Source: the human T2T-CHM13v2.0 reference genome, Homo sapiens
Direction: 5' to 3' (one strand)
Assembly (NCBI RefSeq): GCF_009914755.1
Contig: NC_060936.1
DNA: 64,000 nucleotides
Shown here: piece by piece, positions 41,449-55,954 of the stretch
How the letters are laid out: every line of letters starts with the position of its first letter
How positions within the stretch are numbered: the first letter of the stretch is position 1
Notes under the pieces: generated by a model
Databases searched by the model: none
What the model saw: the letters and a program-made list of their open reading frames with translations, nothing else
Told to the model about the DNA's origin: nothing
Position numbers and translations under genes: made by a program

Positions 41449-42704
41449 AGGCATTTTAAAATGAATTAATAAATTGTGAAATAACTAAGCCAAAAACAAT
41501 TTTTTTCTGATAATCTGTATTAAATAGTGAGAGAAAAAATTAACTATTTCTTACAGAGATACGTGAATTTAAAGATTTGAAAATTTACAAAGTCTTTCTG
41601 AATAATAGGTTTTTCTTTATTTTTTTAAATATATATTTGCTCACATTGAATCAATTGCATACATTTATAACAATTGATTCAATATGTAAAAAGAATTTTA
41701 TATATGCATATTTATTAGAAGGGACAGAAAAGTATAATTGTATATCAGTTAACAGTTAACATTTTATCTGCAGTAGATGTGTAATTAAATCTATGTTTTA
41801 GAATTTATTTTAGAAATTGGCTAAATATTAAATTTCTCTACATCTCTATTCTAGTGTTGTTAGGTATTTAATAAAGCAAAGAAAAAATATAGTTCAGTAC
41901 TTTGCTTGACACTAATAGTTGTATTACTGTCTCAAAAATATATAAAAACTATTTAATTCTCATTTTGCTTTTCATTTTGAATTTGGGTTATTATGTTTTA
42001 GTGCTTAGTATTTTAAATATAAAAACATATTTTCCACCATATATTATGCTGTTCAGGAAGAACACTAAGTTTCACAACCTTCGTTTTTCAAATGAGAAAT
42101 TTTCAAACAAACTGGGAATAAAATTTAAAAATTTTCATAAAAAAGTGTATGATATGAAGGAATTATCCCTTTTATTGACATTTTTAAAGAAGCACTACCC
42201 TAAAATATTTTATAGTCATTTAAACTAGAGTGTACATTTCAAAATGTGTGATTATTTGCTTGATTCCTAATGTATTCTACAGAAGATATTTGCCTTAGGA
42301 AATTACAGAAAAATTGAATAGATAGAAAAATCTTCTGTGCTGTAGGTAGAACCATCAAATAATGCTTACTTTATCAATCCCATTTTATTGTGATTAATTA
42401 GAGATGTGACATAGGTAATATATTTTGGAGTGATGAGATAAGGAAACTAAATAGTGAATGGTTTACATTTCTCAATATACAAAAGTTTTAAATCTCATGT
42501 AAGGAATGACATATCCTAGAAAAGCAATCAGCCAAAATTTCTTCTCAATTCTCAAATTAACAAGAATAAGATAAATTGTCTTTTATTTTCCTAATGGGAT
42601 CTGAACCATTACATAAAACCTTGTTAAAATGGCAGCCATGCATAATCTATGAGCTTATTAAAGGCTGCATAATTGGCATTACTGCATTTAAAGATTTAAT
42701 TACA

Positions 42705-42870
42705 GTAAATAATTATGAAATTTAAGTATTTATAATAAATATTATAAATATTTAGTGTTTATATTATCTATTGTAATATATTATATTATCTATTATATAT
42801 AATAATAATAAATAAATAAATATTATAAATACTTAATATATTTATTAAAATACATTTATAATAAATTATT
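42705..42870. repeat. AT-rich low-complexity tract
   Basis: Almost entirely A/T with repeated TATATTATCTATT. Confidence 0.85.
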
Positions 42871-43947
42871 TCACACAATTCAATATTAGACACCAATGAG
42901 TGTGTGCAATGTGGTATTTTAATTTTTTAGATACATATGTACTTTTATTTCACTCTTTTTTAGAACTGAATTTTATGAAACCTAATGTAAGAAATAAGAA
43001 TGTGAATCCCAGGAGAACACATATTGAATTATAGATGAATTGCTAGGTTTTTTCACAGCTTATGTTTCACAAGAAGCAGGATATTCAGAGCCAGTAATGA
43101 TAAAAAAAAATACTTCCAAAAAAGTGCTGCAATTATAATTGAATTAAAAGGCATTAAACTGGGCAAGTTTCAACAGTCAGTTTTATGCCCTAAGAATACT
43201 AAATGAAAACAAACAAACAAAAAGTGAAATGAAAACTATACAGGAAGAGAAAAGCATTAGTTAAAATGTAAAATAAAAATGAAATAAAATATAAAATGGA
43301 CAGAATATCCATATGTAAAATAGTAAGACTAATTATCTTTGACTATTAGTTTTAACTTTGAAATTTAAAGGCAGCTATAATTTTAAGAAATTCCTCCCTA
43401 ATTGGCAATTTTGAATGTACATTTTATATACCTTGTGAATTAATTCCTGAAATGAATAAATTTAAACCACACTATTAATATTATGAAGTTTAAAACATGC
43501 AAATATTAATTCAATATCTATTTATTGAATTTCTTTCTGTGTAAAATATTGCATTAAATGAAACGCAGGATTAAAAACGGACTAAGAATTTATTTCCATT
43601 CTAAAGAAGCTGGTAATCTTGTGTAGCAACAGGTAACTGGGCAACTGATGTGAGATATTTGCTTTGTGCTTACGGGAAAGTGATTCTTATTTGTTTACAG
43701 AAGAGAGACATGAATTCTACTCAGAGACTTGATGTCTGTATTTTAAAAATAAGAGTTAAGATGAGACTAGCAGTCGTATAATTTTAGCTGGTAAAGTTTT
43801 GAACTGGCCTGAATTTAGGAAATAAAATATAAAACTATAGTTGACGAAATTTATATGATATATTCAAGAAACAGGTAACACCAGTCTATCTAGATGAGTG
43901 AATAGAATAGCTTACTTTTTCTTTCCTTTCAGCAAATTTTTCTGTTA

Positions 43948-44035
43948 CTTTATTTATTTTTATTTTAAGTTCTGGGGTACATGTGCAGGTTTTTTACATA
44001 GGTAAACATGTGCTGTGGTGGTTTGCTATACCTAT
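43948..44035 (-). mobile_element. Short L1PA (PA8-13-type) 3' end
   Basis: TTTTAAGTTCTGGGGTACATGTGCAGG...ACATAGGTAAACATGTG; TTACTTT on both flanks. Confidence 0.85.
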
Positions 44036-44339
44036 ATCTTACTTTTAAGAAAGAGAGGTTAGAAAAAAAAAAAAGTGCAGAGAGGACATAAGTAGCACAG
44101 CACAGAACAGGCAAGTATAGAACCAATCATGGAAAGCCATGAATAGGGCTCATTTTTTAAGAAGTGGAGAGTCCATGCAGATTTTTAAGAATGGAAGTAA
44201 CAGGATCAGAGAAGTTATATTTGAAATAGCTGACAGGTAATCGGTTTCTAAGGGAAGAGGCAACAATAGTCTGAAAATTATAGGATGGAAAAAAGTTGTG
44301 GGTGAAGATATTTGTGAATTAGAATTAATATGTATTCCT

Positions 44340-45360
44340 TGCCTTAAAAAGTATTAATGAAAGCTGTGTGCTAGGCACTTTCCTAGGATAGGAAATATTT
44401 TTTTTTAGGCAACGAATACATTAAATACTTTTTAAGGCAATGAATACATATTAATTCACACATTCATGACCATAGTGCCTGGTCACAGGAAAGTACCTGG
44501 CTCATAGCTGTCATTAAATACTTTTCTGAGTTTCCAATCAGAGAATTTCCCCACTCCCCATTCTTGGGGGAGCTTCTGTTCTGAAGCAGCCTGGTCAGAG
44601 AGGGTGTTTCTGGGAAGATGACATGGAAAATGGGATATGATGGGAAAAATGTAGCCATAACATGTCAATAAAAGGAAAGAGTGATCCCGAGAGTGAGTAC
44701 AGTTAGTGCAAAGGCCTACTGAGAAGGAAAAAACAGAAACCTGGTGATTTCAAAAGACAGGAAGATGTTCTTTATGTTTGGAACTTCAATGGCAAGGGAT
44801 TGAATCACAAGAGGAATAGGAACGGGGTGGAGATTTCTAAGTTAGCATAAAGAATTTGATTATGTTTTGAAGTGGAATTGGAGAGCATCAAATAGAAAAG
44901 TGAAAGATTTTAGTATATTTAAAATCGTACACAGGGCTTCTTATTAAAAAATCAATCATATGATGTGGAATTAACAGTAGACTATGCCTCCAGTGCCTTG
45001 AGTCTGTCTGACCTGAATTGTGATTCCATTATGAGAAAAGAAAAATGATACAGAGGTTCGGGAATGAAAATAATGAATTCATTTTTTCTTATTCTTGAAT
45101 GTAAAGAGTGTAAAAGTGTAACATTACAGATTTGTAGGGAGAAAAACATCACAGAAGACAAAGGCTATGCTGACAAATACTATAAAAAATAAAAAGTTAT
45201 GAAGACAGAGAAGATGCACATTAATTTATCAATTATAAGGTCATTATAAATCATCTGGATAGCATCTTGCTAGAGTGATAAGAAGCCAAATTATTAAGGT
45301 GAAATGAGAAGTGAGAATTAGAGATAGCAAGTGAATTCTATTATTTCAAAAAGATTAGCT
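44340..45360 (-). mobile_element. Degraded L2 fragments
   Basis: TGTGTGCTAGGCACTTTCCTAGG...GGTCAGAGAGGGTGTTTCTGGGAAGATGACAT...GTGCAAAGGCCT. Confidence 0.5.
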
Positions 45361-46923
45361 ATGAAATAAAGCAAAACATTCGTGTATTTCAGATGTTTTA
45401 TAGCAATAATAAAGAACTGTTTCTTAAAATATAGAGCAAGCATCTAAAAGTTGATCTCTGATTATTTTGACTAACTTTCTGTATTTTTAGTTTGGGAAGT
45501 AATATGTCACCTATTTCACATTTACATATACTTTAAAAATAAGATGGTTACCCATATTGGTCTGATTGTGTTTTATTGCTTCATATAAAGAAAAGTACTG
45601 AAAAGTATTTGAAATATGGAAGGCATATAATTTAATTTATAGTGTTTTATTTTATTTTTACATGCTGAAGTTCATTTAAAGATATAATTTAGCAGAGGTG
45701 TGACATAAATGAATAAAACAGTTTAAATAATGTTTCCAAGCCTCTGTTTGCTAACACATAAAACAAAGGTGACTGAACTCAATTTGTAAGGCAAACTTAT
45801 GGTATAGAACACTATGTCCAAACATTTCTAAGAAGTGTTTACAGCTTAAATGACAGAATTAATGGAATTGCCTATGATTCCATAGCACCTTTTGATCCCC
45901 ACAGCAATTCTGTAACTACTCATATTTATGTAAAAGCAGAGGGAATTGAATCTTAATGAGGGTGAATTTAATTTTATAAGTTAGCAATAATAGAATTAAT
46001 ATTTTGGCCCTAGTTTCCTGATACTTGAATTAGAGTACTTGTCAGTGAACAATATCCTGCACTCAAAAAAAAATTCCAATAAATGCTGTGATGGAGCCAG
46101 TGATATTTAAATGTATCCATTTTTTTTTCTGCTATAGTTTCTAGAAAGTACAGAGAGCAATCTTAGAATTATAAGGGGATTTATTAATTTGGTTCTATAT
46201 TATTTAATTACATTATTGTTATTTTCAATTATTTTCTCACTCTTTATTACTTAGTCTCATCAACTTTATTTAATCAGGAAGTTTAAGTTGTATTTGAAAC
46301 TAAACACCATGATTACAAAGGATGAGTAGACAAAAGAATGAAATAATTAAATAATTCCTCAAAATTTTTGCATGTATTGTCAGGGACATTTATTCAGCTG
46401 GGATTTCCATTTAGTAGCATATTCAAGTATTATTTATTTATTTAATATTTATTGAGTGCTGGTTAAACATACTAATGACTGTAAAACAGTTAAAAGAACA
46501 GTATCGTGCACGACATGAAGCTAAGGGTTGTTGAGAGCCATACAGTCATTTGTCAAGATATTTAATAAGATTGTCTTTGCCTTAGTAAATTTACCTGGGT
46601 CTAATGAGTAAACGCGTAGTTTTATAACTAGAGGCCTGACGTCTCTGCCCAATGGCAGTAGCTCTTTCCATCAAGGGTGAATATACAACTGGTGGACATA
46701 TAACAAGAATAAGATCCTCCAAGAATGGAAATATGGTTTATAAACATAGGGATTATAAACAAAGGGATTATAAACAAATTTAAAATCAGTTGATAGATTA
46801 AAAGAAAATATTTTCACAGTGTGTAACATACAATGGATATAGGGACAATCATTCTTACAATTCCAAAAGTAGACCAAATAAATAGAGTTAAGATAAACAC
46901 ATAACTTTAGAATAGAAAGAAGA

Positions 46924-47213
46924 GGCTGGGCACAGTGGCTCACACCTGTAATCCCAGCACTTTAAGAGGCCAAGGTGGGTGGACCACTTGAGGTCAGGAA
47001 TTTGAGACCAGCCTGGCCAACATGGTGAAACTCCGCCTCTACTAAAAATACAAAATTAGCCAGGAGTGGTGGTGGGTACCTGTAATCCCAGCTACTCAAG
47101 GGGCTGAGACAGGAGAATTACATGAATCCAGGAGGCAGTGGTTGCAGGGAGCGGAGATCACACCATGGCACTCCAGCCTGGGAGACAGAGCAAAACTCTG
47201 TCTCAAAAAAAAA
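46924..47213 (+). mobile_element. AluSx/Sz with GA-rich tail to about 47260, within an old plus-strand L1M relic
   Basis: Full dimer. Confidence 0.95.
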
Positions 47214-48432
47214 GGAAGAAGAAGGAAAAGGAGAAGGAGAACGAGAAGGAGAAGAAGATATAAGGGCCAAAAGAAGATGTACAAATGACCAGTGATTAGT
47301 ATCTGAAAGTATGCTCAACCTCATTATAAATAAATAAAACAAAAATTAAAATAGATGGTTATGACTGTCTACATTAAATTGGCAAAATGAAGAACTAAAC
47401 ATTTGTATGGCCCTATTCCTGGTACAAAGTCCTTGTAATTTATGTTTATAAAACAGCTTTGTGTGCCATTTGGACAAGCCAGGCAGAGTCTTTAGTTCTA
47501 AGAGGTATTTCTTTGAATGAAACTTGAAATGCTCTTGCCTCAGTGAATGTCCTTCTGATATTTTCCAGCAGCAATAACACCCTTAGTGGATTGACTCACT
47601 TTTTAATATTTTATTCACTCTTACTGCTTATCTGTCAACGTCTAAGGTGTCCCTCCAGTTGTTTATAGTAATTTTTGCATGTTTTTTCGTGATTAATTTT
47701 GAAATGATTTTATAATTTTGGTCTTAAAGAACACACTTTTCTCATTTTCAGGTTCTGAGAGATCATGTCTGTTTCCACTTAAGAAAAATAAATAAAAGTT
47801 TTAAGGTACTATTAGAATATGCACATTTTCTAAAAGTCCTATGCCTTTTTTAACAAAAAAGATTAATAACAGTTATTCAAAGGCTATCAAAGACACATTA
47901 GTTTTTATGTGATTAAGCAAATAATACTGCTATTATAAAATACTCTTTATTGAAGAATGTTGCTTAAATTGTGATGATGTGCTTGTTTTACCAATAAAAT
48001 AGTTTAAATTTAGATTTATTCAAAACAAAGCTATAAATGGAATCACTAAACTGATTACTATTCAACCATTTCAACATGCTTTCTCAATCTTTTGACACTT
48101 TTATCTCAGTGCATAACTGAACATATGGCTTTGTAGGATTCTCTGGAGGTTTAAAAAGGAAATGATTTTTTAAAAAATCGATTCTAGTATGTGTGATGAG
48201 CTCTTTTGTTTGTGTGTATATGTGCACGTTTATGCATTCAACACAACCTAAGGCTGAGGATTGTTGCCAACAGGAGAGCATAGAGTCATTCATCACAGGG
48301 GGCAATCCCTTACAGAATGCTCCCTCCCCTTTCCAAATGTGGGAAAGTAACTGACCAAAGATAGTAAGGTTAGTTATACAATAACCATATGAATGTAGTC
48401 ATTTGCAAAGGAGATATAGACATATACATGTA

Positions 48433-48779
48433 CAGATGCTCTTCGACTTACAACAGGGTTCCTCCTAATAAATCCATTACAAGTTGAAAATATTTTAAGT
48501 TGAAAATGCATTTAGTACACCTAACTGACCAAACATCATGGCTTAGTTTATACTACCTTAAATGTACTCAGAACACTTACATTAGCCTATGGTTGGACAA
48601 AAACATCCAACAGAAAGACTATTTTATAGTTAAGTGTTGAATATCTCATGTAATTTATTGAATACTGGAGTAAAATTTCTGCTCAATACATACCATTTTT
48701 ATGCCATCATAAAGTTAAAAAAAAAACTCATGGATGGAGTCTAAAGCTTATGAAACTATGGTAAGTTGCCGACCATCTG
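48433..48779 (+). mobile_element. MER47A (TcMar-Tigger MITE)
   Basis: TIRs CAGATGCTCTTCGACTTAC / GTAAGTTGCCGACCATCTG; TA on the left and TG on the right. Confidence 0.85.
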
Positions 48780-49879
48780 TGTATACATACATATATACAT
48801 GGAGGATGTAAGCTCTTAAATAGTTAAATTTGCATAGTTTTTTATTTTAAAGCATAAAGCTAGATTAAACTTAAGTTCATAGGAAAAGTAAAATGTAATT
48901 TTGAATTCAATAAATTCAACCATAATTTCAAGCAACAGTGTAGAGTTTCTGATTGTGTAGAAAGTTATTTACATGGACATTTAAATGAATGGGGGGGAGT
49001 AGTAAGCTGTTATAGTATTTGGAAACTATTGGTAACATTTAAACAGTGTTGTAACAGTTTATTCTATGATGTTAATCATTATAATTTCTCTATAATTGTT
49101 GAAACCTGATGAAAAATTTTATATGTTATCTTAATAGCATGTGAATACATACATTGATTTTCAAATTCTTTTAGGGAGTAATTGAGCAAGAAAAGCAGAA
49201 AAATACTGCTGAATTGCACAGAATGAGAAGGAATAAAACAGGTAATAGCATGAGAAGAAAAGAGTGGATGGATATATTTCACATTTCAAGAGAAAATTCA
49301 ATACAGCAGAGTAACTGATTGCTAGAAATAAGTTGATGCTAGGCAAAGGAAGGTGTTAAATGAAAAGGCAGATTTAGAGTCTGAGTAACAAGAACTTGGA
49401 AAAATTGCATGTGCTTTATCAGATGAAATTTTTTAACTTTTTTCTTGATTTTTATTTGACAATATTCCTCTAAAAAGATTTCAGGACATGAGTCAATCCA
49501 TTTCCTCAACTATTTAACCTTCATCTAGTAACACTACTTTAAGATACCTTGGTACTTAAATATACTTGTTGCAGTTAAGGAAAATAAAACATCTGACCTT
49601 GATCAACTGAAATGTATGGGATGAATTATCTAAACTGTTAATTCACAGGATCCTAAATTACTGGAAACTAACTCAATATTCTTTTTAATCAATCTTTTTC
49701 TCCTTTTTTTGGTTTAATTAAAATTTTGATAAGATTATTAAAGCTCACCACCATCACTTCTCCCTGCCCCTCAATATATCAAATTTCTTACTGTCATGTA
49801 TGTGACTATTAATATACTCCTAATGCCACACACATACACTTGCACCTCCAAATTCAGCTTCAGTAGATAACTGCTAAAT

Positions 49880-50680
49880 ACTACACCAAATATCTGCTAA
49901 ATACTGTATTAAGTGCCAAAGAAACATAAATAAATAAGACATTATCGTGCCCTCAAGTTGTACACAGACTAGTGGAAAAGATAGGCCTAGAAGACAATTC
50001 ATATATTCAGTAATATTAAAAAATGATTGAATAATGTTTAATGCAGAGAAAAGTGTTTGCTGTACAGAATAATTCCAGGGTGCTAGTGAAGAAAGACTTC
50101 AGAGACAAGATAAAATCAGGAAAAAAAATTGCAATAAATTTGCAAGGGAAACCAAAGGAGGAGGGGTATTCTGAGTGGAAAAAAAATCTTGAAAGAGTTT
50201 GTTATATTTATGCTACATCTGTCTATTATTTTTGAAAAGAAAGGAAGTAACTGTGGAGATTAAAATATGATTGTGAATGAGGTATATAAGAGAGGTTGAG
50301 AAAGCATTACAAGACAGCAATGGTGATACCTGCAGGGCCAAAATAATGGACCCCATCTGAACACTTTGCCCTCAAAACCCTGCCTTTACACTGCTGCTCC
50401 TCCAGCCACCCCTAGACTATAGACTGGATCAAGTCTACAGGAAAGAGAATTTAGATGTATACATCTCTTACTATGTGTCAGCCATGTCTCACGAATCAGT
50501 AGGTCCTGAAGGCTTCTGTACACATTAAAATGCTAAGATTTTATCCTGTTTGATGGGTATTCCATGGAAACATTTATAATTATAAAATGAAATATTATTC
50601 AGATACTTGCTGAAACATCACTCTAGCAGCAGCAAACAGAATGCCTTGGAGGGGTGTTGAGGGCAAAAATGGAGAAGTAT
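49880..50680 (-). mobile_element. Degraded L2 fragments
   Basis: AAATAAGACATTATCGTGCCCTCAAG...ATGCTAAGATTTTATCCTG...ATCACTCTAGCAGCAG. Confidence 0.5.
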
Positions 50681-51711
50681 ATTCAAGGTATATATACTCA
50701 CATATTTTAATACTTTTGGTTGTTAGTGGATAATAATAGTTTGCTCAGTTTTAATCACCATAAATAAAACCAGGTTACATGTAAGGAAGAAAACGTCAAT
50801 TTTATTTTTTACTTCTGGTAAGCCAGATGTTAAAGTCACATATTTAAGCATGGATATTAGAAATTGGGTGACAAAAATCCAAGTGAATGAGAAAAACAGA
50901 AGTTTAAAATGAAATATTTTTCTAAATATGTTCAAACTCAACTGAGAATTCTACATATTGTTCTTTTAAAAGCTATTGCTACATTGTACCTTTTGTTATA
51001 CAAGGAAACCACTAATAAAGAGTAGTAATAATGAGATGATAAATTTTCTCTAGTGGATTTCAATACATTTCAGTAATGGCTTACATAACAAGATAAAACT
51101 ATATAGGAAAGAATAATCAGAAAATATGTGTACATATTATACTCTTTATGGTCTCATTTTATATTATTAGCTATTAATAAATTGCGTGTGTAAAAAAAAT
51201 CTACTCACGACAATACTATTGAAAACAATTCCATAATTGCAGCAGGAAGAATGTGCTTTGAAAGTAGAAACAATAGGTAAACTTCAAAGTATTTGTAAAG
51301 GAAAATGAAAGGTCATTTGGGGAATTTTTACATACTTTGATTCTGTGCCCATACACCTAAATTATTGTGCCCTGCAAAACTCTGGCATCATCTCATAATG
51401 GCTTGGCCTTTTGAACATCTGAATTTAGTTGGTGGCTTCAGTAACATGGGCTTTTCCAACAGTCGTCTACATTTAGTTTTAGAATTTTGTGTTAAGAGCA
51501 TTCAAAAAAATTGGAAGGACTTGAGAATAATTCCTTGAAATATGGGTTTCAGCAGAAAACAATTGCCATAGATAGCCTCTAAAGTTCCACGCAGTATTGT
51601 TAGGAACACTAGCAATACATATTGATCAAGTAGTCAAAGAATTAAGAATATAAAATTATGATTCTTCTTCAATATACCTATCTATGCCTAAAAAGAAAGC
51701 CAAGTGAGAAT

Positions 51712-52265
51712 TGTAGAGGCTAAGGGGAAATTTTCCTCTTGTTCTCTGAAGGTTCACTAACTGATTAAAGGCAGAATAATAGAAGAAAAAGCATACAAAA
51801 TTATTAATGTGCCACAAGAGTCTTACAAAAGAAGATCCCCCAAAAAGGTAAAATGGTTGACCCTTGTATACCATCTTAGAGTTGTAGAGAATATGGGGGC
51901 TCGGAGAATGGCCCCAAATAAGTCATGGTGGTAAGACAGGATATGGGAGGGAGAGAAGCAGAGGCCTGGCTAGCAAAGGTTGTCTTGTTATATAGATGAG
52001 ACCTCACAGATAGCAGCCCTCAGAGACAATAGATGGAAAATGTTTCTTTCAGATAAGTAACCATGTGAGACTCTCAGTTAATCTTTCCTAGATATAAGAG
52101 AAAGCCTCAGAGTAAATCTGGTTGCATCAGTGCAGATTCTCTACAGATGCAAATCTCCCCCATAAAAGATGTTCAGGGCTAATTTTGTCTACTGGCCCTC
52201 TGAACGGCCGTCTTCAAATATGTCAATGAAGTATAGTTTGGGAAGAAATATTTTGGTTTCCTTCA
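51712..52265 (-). mobile_element. MER39-family ERV1 solo LTR, complete
   Basis: TG...CA ends, minus start TGAAGGAAACCAAAATATTT; perfect 4-bp TSD GAAT (51708-51711 / 52266-52269). Confidence 0.8.
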
Positions 52266-52666
52266 GAATCAACTAAAAGATAGCATTTGATTTAGTATAT
52301 AGTTGTAGTTGTAATAGAATTTGGATTTAGGTTGGACCTCATCTTAAAGACTAGGAGATGAAGGAGACAAGTTAATGTGTAAATTGTTCAGAAACATTCA
52401 CATAGCATTCCCAATGGAAAATATTAAAAACAAACGAAATGTATCTATTGATTAACATACACCAATTAGATTCACAATTTATATTCCTTTAATGTTTGAA
52501 ACAGATTTCATAGTTCATTTTCATTCCCAATTTGTAAGTCAGAGACTGAAACATAGGGAGTGTTATTATTCTGTTCAGTAAGTGGCATTCAACATGTTGT
52601 GATACTTTAAAATGTATTATCTTTTGGCCCCCTCTTCTATAATCCATTTTCCATTCGAACAGGGAT

Positions 52667-53222
52667 TGTCAAAGTAAATGTTACACTGGATAAAGTTACA
52701 CAGGTAAGGAAAACTTTATTCAAGGCTGTTTCAATAAGGGAGAGAGATCAGAAAATATTCTGACCTCAACTCCACTGGAAAAGGGGATGCAAGAGTTACT
52801 GAGAACTTGAATTGGAGGGCGCAATCATAAGCCATTTATACTTGTTAAATGGCTTTACACAAAGGAAAAGTAAACTTTCTTTTATATTCATGATAGAAGG
52901 TAGTTTACAACTTGAAGAAGGATGTCCTAACCAGAGTTAGTCTCCTAAACTCCCACGGAAGCTGGAAGACTGTGGCACTCCCTTCCTTAATGATTACATT
53001 TCAAAGACATTATCAAAGAGATAACTCCCAGGTGCGTGCGAAAGACATTCATAGGAATTAAAGTTGTTAAGAGGCTTTTAAAAAAGATTTACATATCAAA
53101 GTGGGTAGAAAAAGAATGGGCAATTACAAGATTTCTAACGTGAAAGATCAGGCGCCTAGAGGCATGAAGAAACTTGTCTAAAGTGAGGCAAACTGGAAGA
53201 AATGTTAATGTTCTCTTGGTCG
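52667..53222 (-). mobile_element. MER67-like ERV1 solo LTR
   Basis: Minus start (C/T)GACCAAGAGAACATTAACATT...CTTTAGACAAGTTTCTTC; poly(A) signal AATAAA on minus; TSD-like GGAT/GAAT. Confidence 0.65.
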
Positions 53223-54307
53223 GAATTGTTTCCCCTTTCCCACTGAAGTGTGAGTTTTAGGTAGCCCTAAATCCTTGGGTGTTGGGAATGAAGCTTGTTC
53301 AGTAATGTTGCCCATTCTCCTTATAGCGAGTACGCTTGGCAGGCAGCCAGACTCTGCCTTCTATCTCAAGTCTAGAAGGTAGAGAATGCCTTGATCCTCT
53401 TCAGGGGTAGTGGGGTACATTTTTTATCTTTCTTCTTTGCTACAGCAGGCCATTTGCCTTTATTCTGTGGGGAACAAGGTTATGGGAAAAACTTCCTGTC
53501 CTTCTGACAGGAAAAGCCTCTCCCCAGGCTTTTACTTCTAAGAGAAGCAATCTTTTTTCACAATCTTTCTCACTGGATCCAAAAAGGTCTGCAGAGAAGA
53601 TCCCAGAGAGTAGGAACCTCAGTGTCTGCAGCTTCTTCCTACGCTAGCTCAAACACGACATTGAGCGAACCCCTCAAACATTTGGCTGAAATCTTGTTCA
53701 CTATTGGTTTCTCTCCCTCTCTTGCTCTTCCACAGGCAGCAAGTGCTCTCCTTCTGTTTTTCATGCATGTGGGAGTCTCCAGCATTTACATTAGGTGAGT
53801 AGTGGAAAAGTGGCCCCTAGATGAAAATCAGGGTGTACTTTAATATGTGTGAAAGAATTCTGCATATGAAGAAAATGAAGTGATCACTGAAAATGTGAAT
53901 TGTAATGATGTAAGGTGGAGGTGGTAATCAGTCTTGCCATGTGGAAAACTATTGCAGTGACTATTATAATGACTGCACTAATCATAAATAAGTGATGGAA
54001 TATAAATTAATGCAGAAGTATTAAAGATATTATGTAGTGTAACATAATCAAACTATATAGTATGTTAATATGCCGTAACATATAAGAACATATATATATG
54101 CTGTAAAATGAAATGTTGTTAATTGAAGAAAAGGGTAACAATACCTCAGTAATTCTGTAAGTAAAACACAAATTAAACAATATTTTTATATTAGTCTACA
54201 AGATTTATGTGTACATTAATATGAGTTTTGTAAAAAATTCTTAATTCCTATAATATTTAATCTTATTTATTTGAAAGAGGCAGTTATAATAAAGAAATAC
54301 ATGGAAA

Positions 54308-54585
54308 GGCCGAGGTGGGTTGATCACCTGAGGTCAGGGGTTCAAGACCAGCCTGACCAACATAGTGAAACCCCTGGTCTACTAAAAATACAAACAATTA
54401 GCCTGGCATGGTGGTGGACACCTGTAACCCCAGCTACTTGGGAGGCTGGGGTAGGAGAATCGCTTGAACCCGGGAGGCGGAGGTTGGAGTCAGCAGAGCT
54501 CTCATCATTGATTGCACTCCAGCCTGGGCAACAAGAGCAAGACTCTATCTTAAAAAAAAAAAAAAAGAAAGAAAGAAAAGAAAAG
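54308..54585 (+). mobile_element. 5'-truncated AluS (Sq/Sp-like)
   Basis: Starts at GGCCGAGGTGGG, lacking the first ~45 nt; A/GAAA tail. Confidence 0.93.
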
Positions 54586-54699
54586 AACTAAAGTTTATGG
54601 TATAGAATCTAACTGTTTCTAAAATCTATTTAATTCTTAGTGCATTATGTTTTATATTTTCACCATCCCAGCTGATCACTTGTTATTAGAGATAGAGGT

Positions 54700-54973
54700 G
54701 CTGTGTAGTGCTACTCTGAAGAGCCCAGGCTAAGATACAGGTTGCTTGACCTTGAATTTCAGCTTCATTACTTACCAGCATGTGACCTGCATGGTGACTT
54801 AATTTCTTCATGCTTCAATATCTTCATCTGAAAGCAGGCTTTAATTCAGAATTTAATTCAGGGATTAAACAAGAATACACATACACGCACACACATATAC
54901 TGTACACACACATACAAATAAAACTTAAAGCAGTATCTGGCATATAGGAAGTATTTCGAAATTAACTATTGTT
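54700..54973 (+). mobile_element. MIR
   Basis: CTTACCAGCATGTGACC...CTTCAATATCTTCATCTG...CAGTATCTGGCATATAG. Confidence 0.75.
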
Positions 54974-55954
54974 AACAGAATTAGTCATATTAGATACTAC
55001 GTGTATTTAGAAACACAACTATTTTCTAACAAAATTTAATGTTTTATATATAAAAAATTAAACACTGCCAACTACATTCCAAGTTAAAAAAAATGGTTTG
55101 TTCACAGGGAATTTTTATGAATATTTAAGTTGTCTTTATTATAAAAAGCAATTTTTTTAATGATTAGGTAGACTACTATAGTACATTGTAATTGGGCTGC
55201 GATCATAACAAAACAACAATAATCATAGAACAATTGAAAGCTGTTTCTATAATCACTATTATTTAGAATAGAAAATGTCTTCTATTTTCACTAGGACATC
55301 TATTTTTTGCATCTATTTTTTCTACCTTATAATCTTTTAAAATTTTCATTTCATTTTTCAGAAATTACATCCTTATGCTCTAAAAAAAAATGATGTTCTC
55401 ATCTGTAAAAGGAGAAAAGAAACTATTTCAAGGTCTATAAACATGAGTGGAGACACATGCTCATAAACACATCAAGTATATGCTTACAAAAGCTTTGGAA
55501 AACCATGAGAATGGGTGGAGAGTTTAATGGAAGGGTGGAAGAGAATAGAATTTTGGATAGAGAACCAAAAAGAAATCAGAGAAAAACAGTGAAAAATGTT
55601 TAATTTGTTCATTTCATTGATTCATTCAATAATCAGCATCAAATATTCAACTTTTTAGGGTTTCTATCAGAAGCTTTTGCTGAATATCATGTGTATGCAT
55701 TTTAATCACTGAATCTGTTGTTGAGTTACTGCAAAGTAAGAAATAAATTTAAGAAATAATATGAACAATTATGATGTCATGTTTAAAACATTCAGATCTA
55801 TATGTATTTTTTACAATAATTGCTATCTGTTTCTGAGCAATGTGTGACATTAAGTAATCAAATACTGTATTTGGAAATACCCAAAGTAATATGATACTCT
55901 TTCAGAAGGTTTAAGCATGCTAGTGGTATTAATATGTCTTCTTAGAAATGTTTT

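Noticed and set aside
46610-46660. TGACGTC plus CCAAT, promoter-like
   Set aside because: Two short motifs amid degraded repeats, with no CpG island; compatible with chance.
46735-46780. 15-bp tandem repeat (also small duplications near 44400 and 49870)
   Set aside because: Ordinary slippage products.
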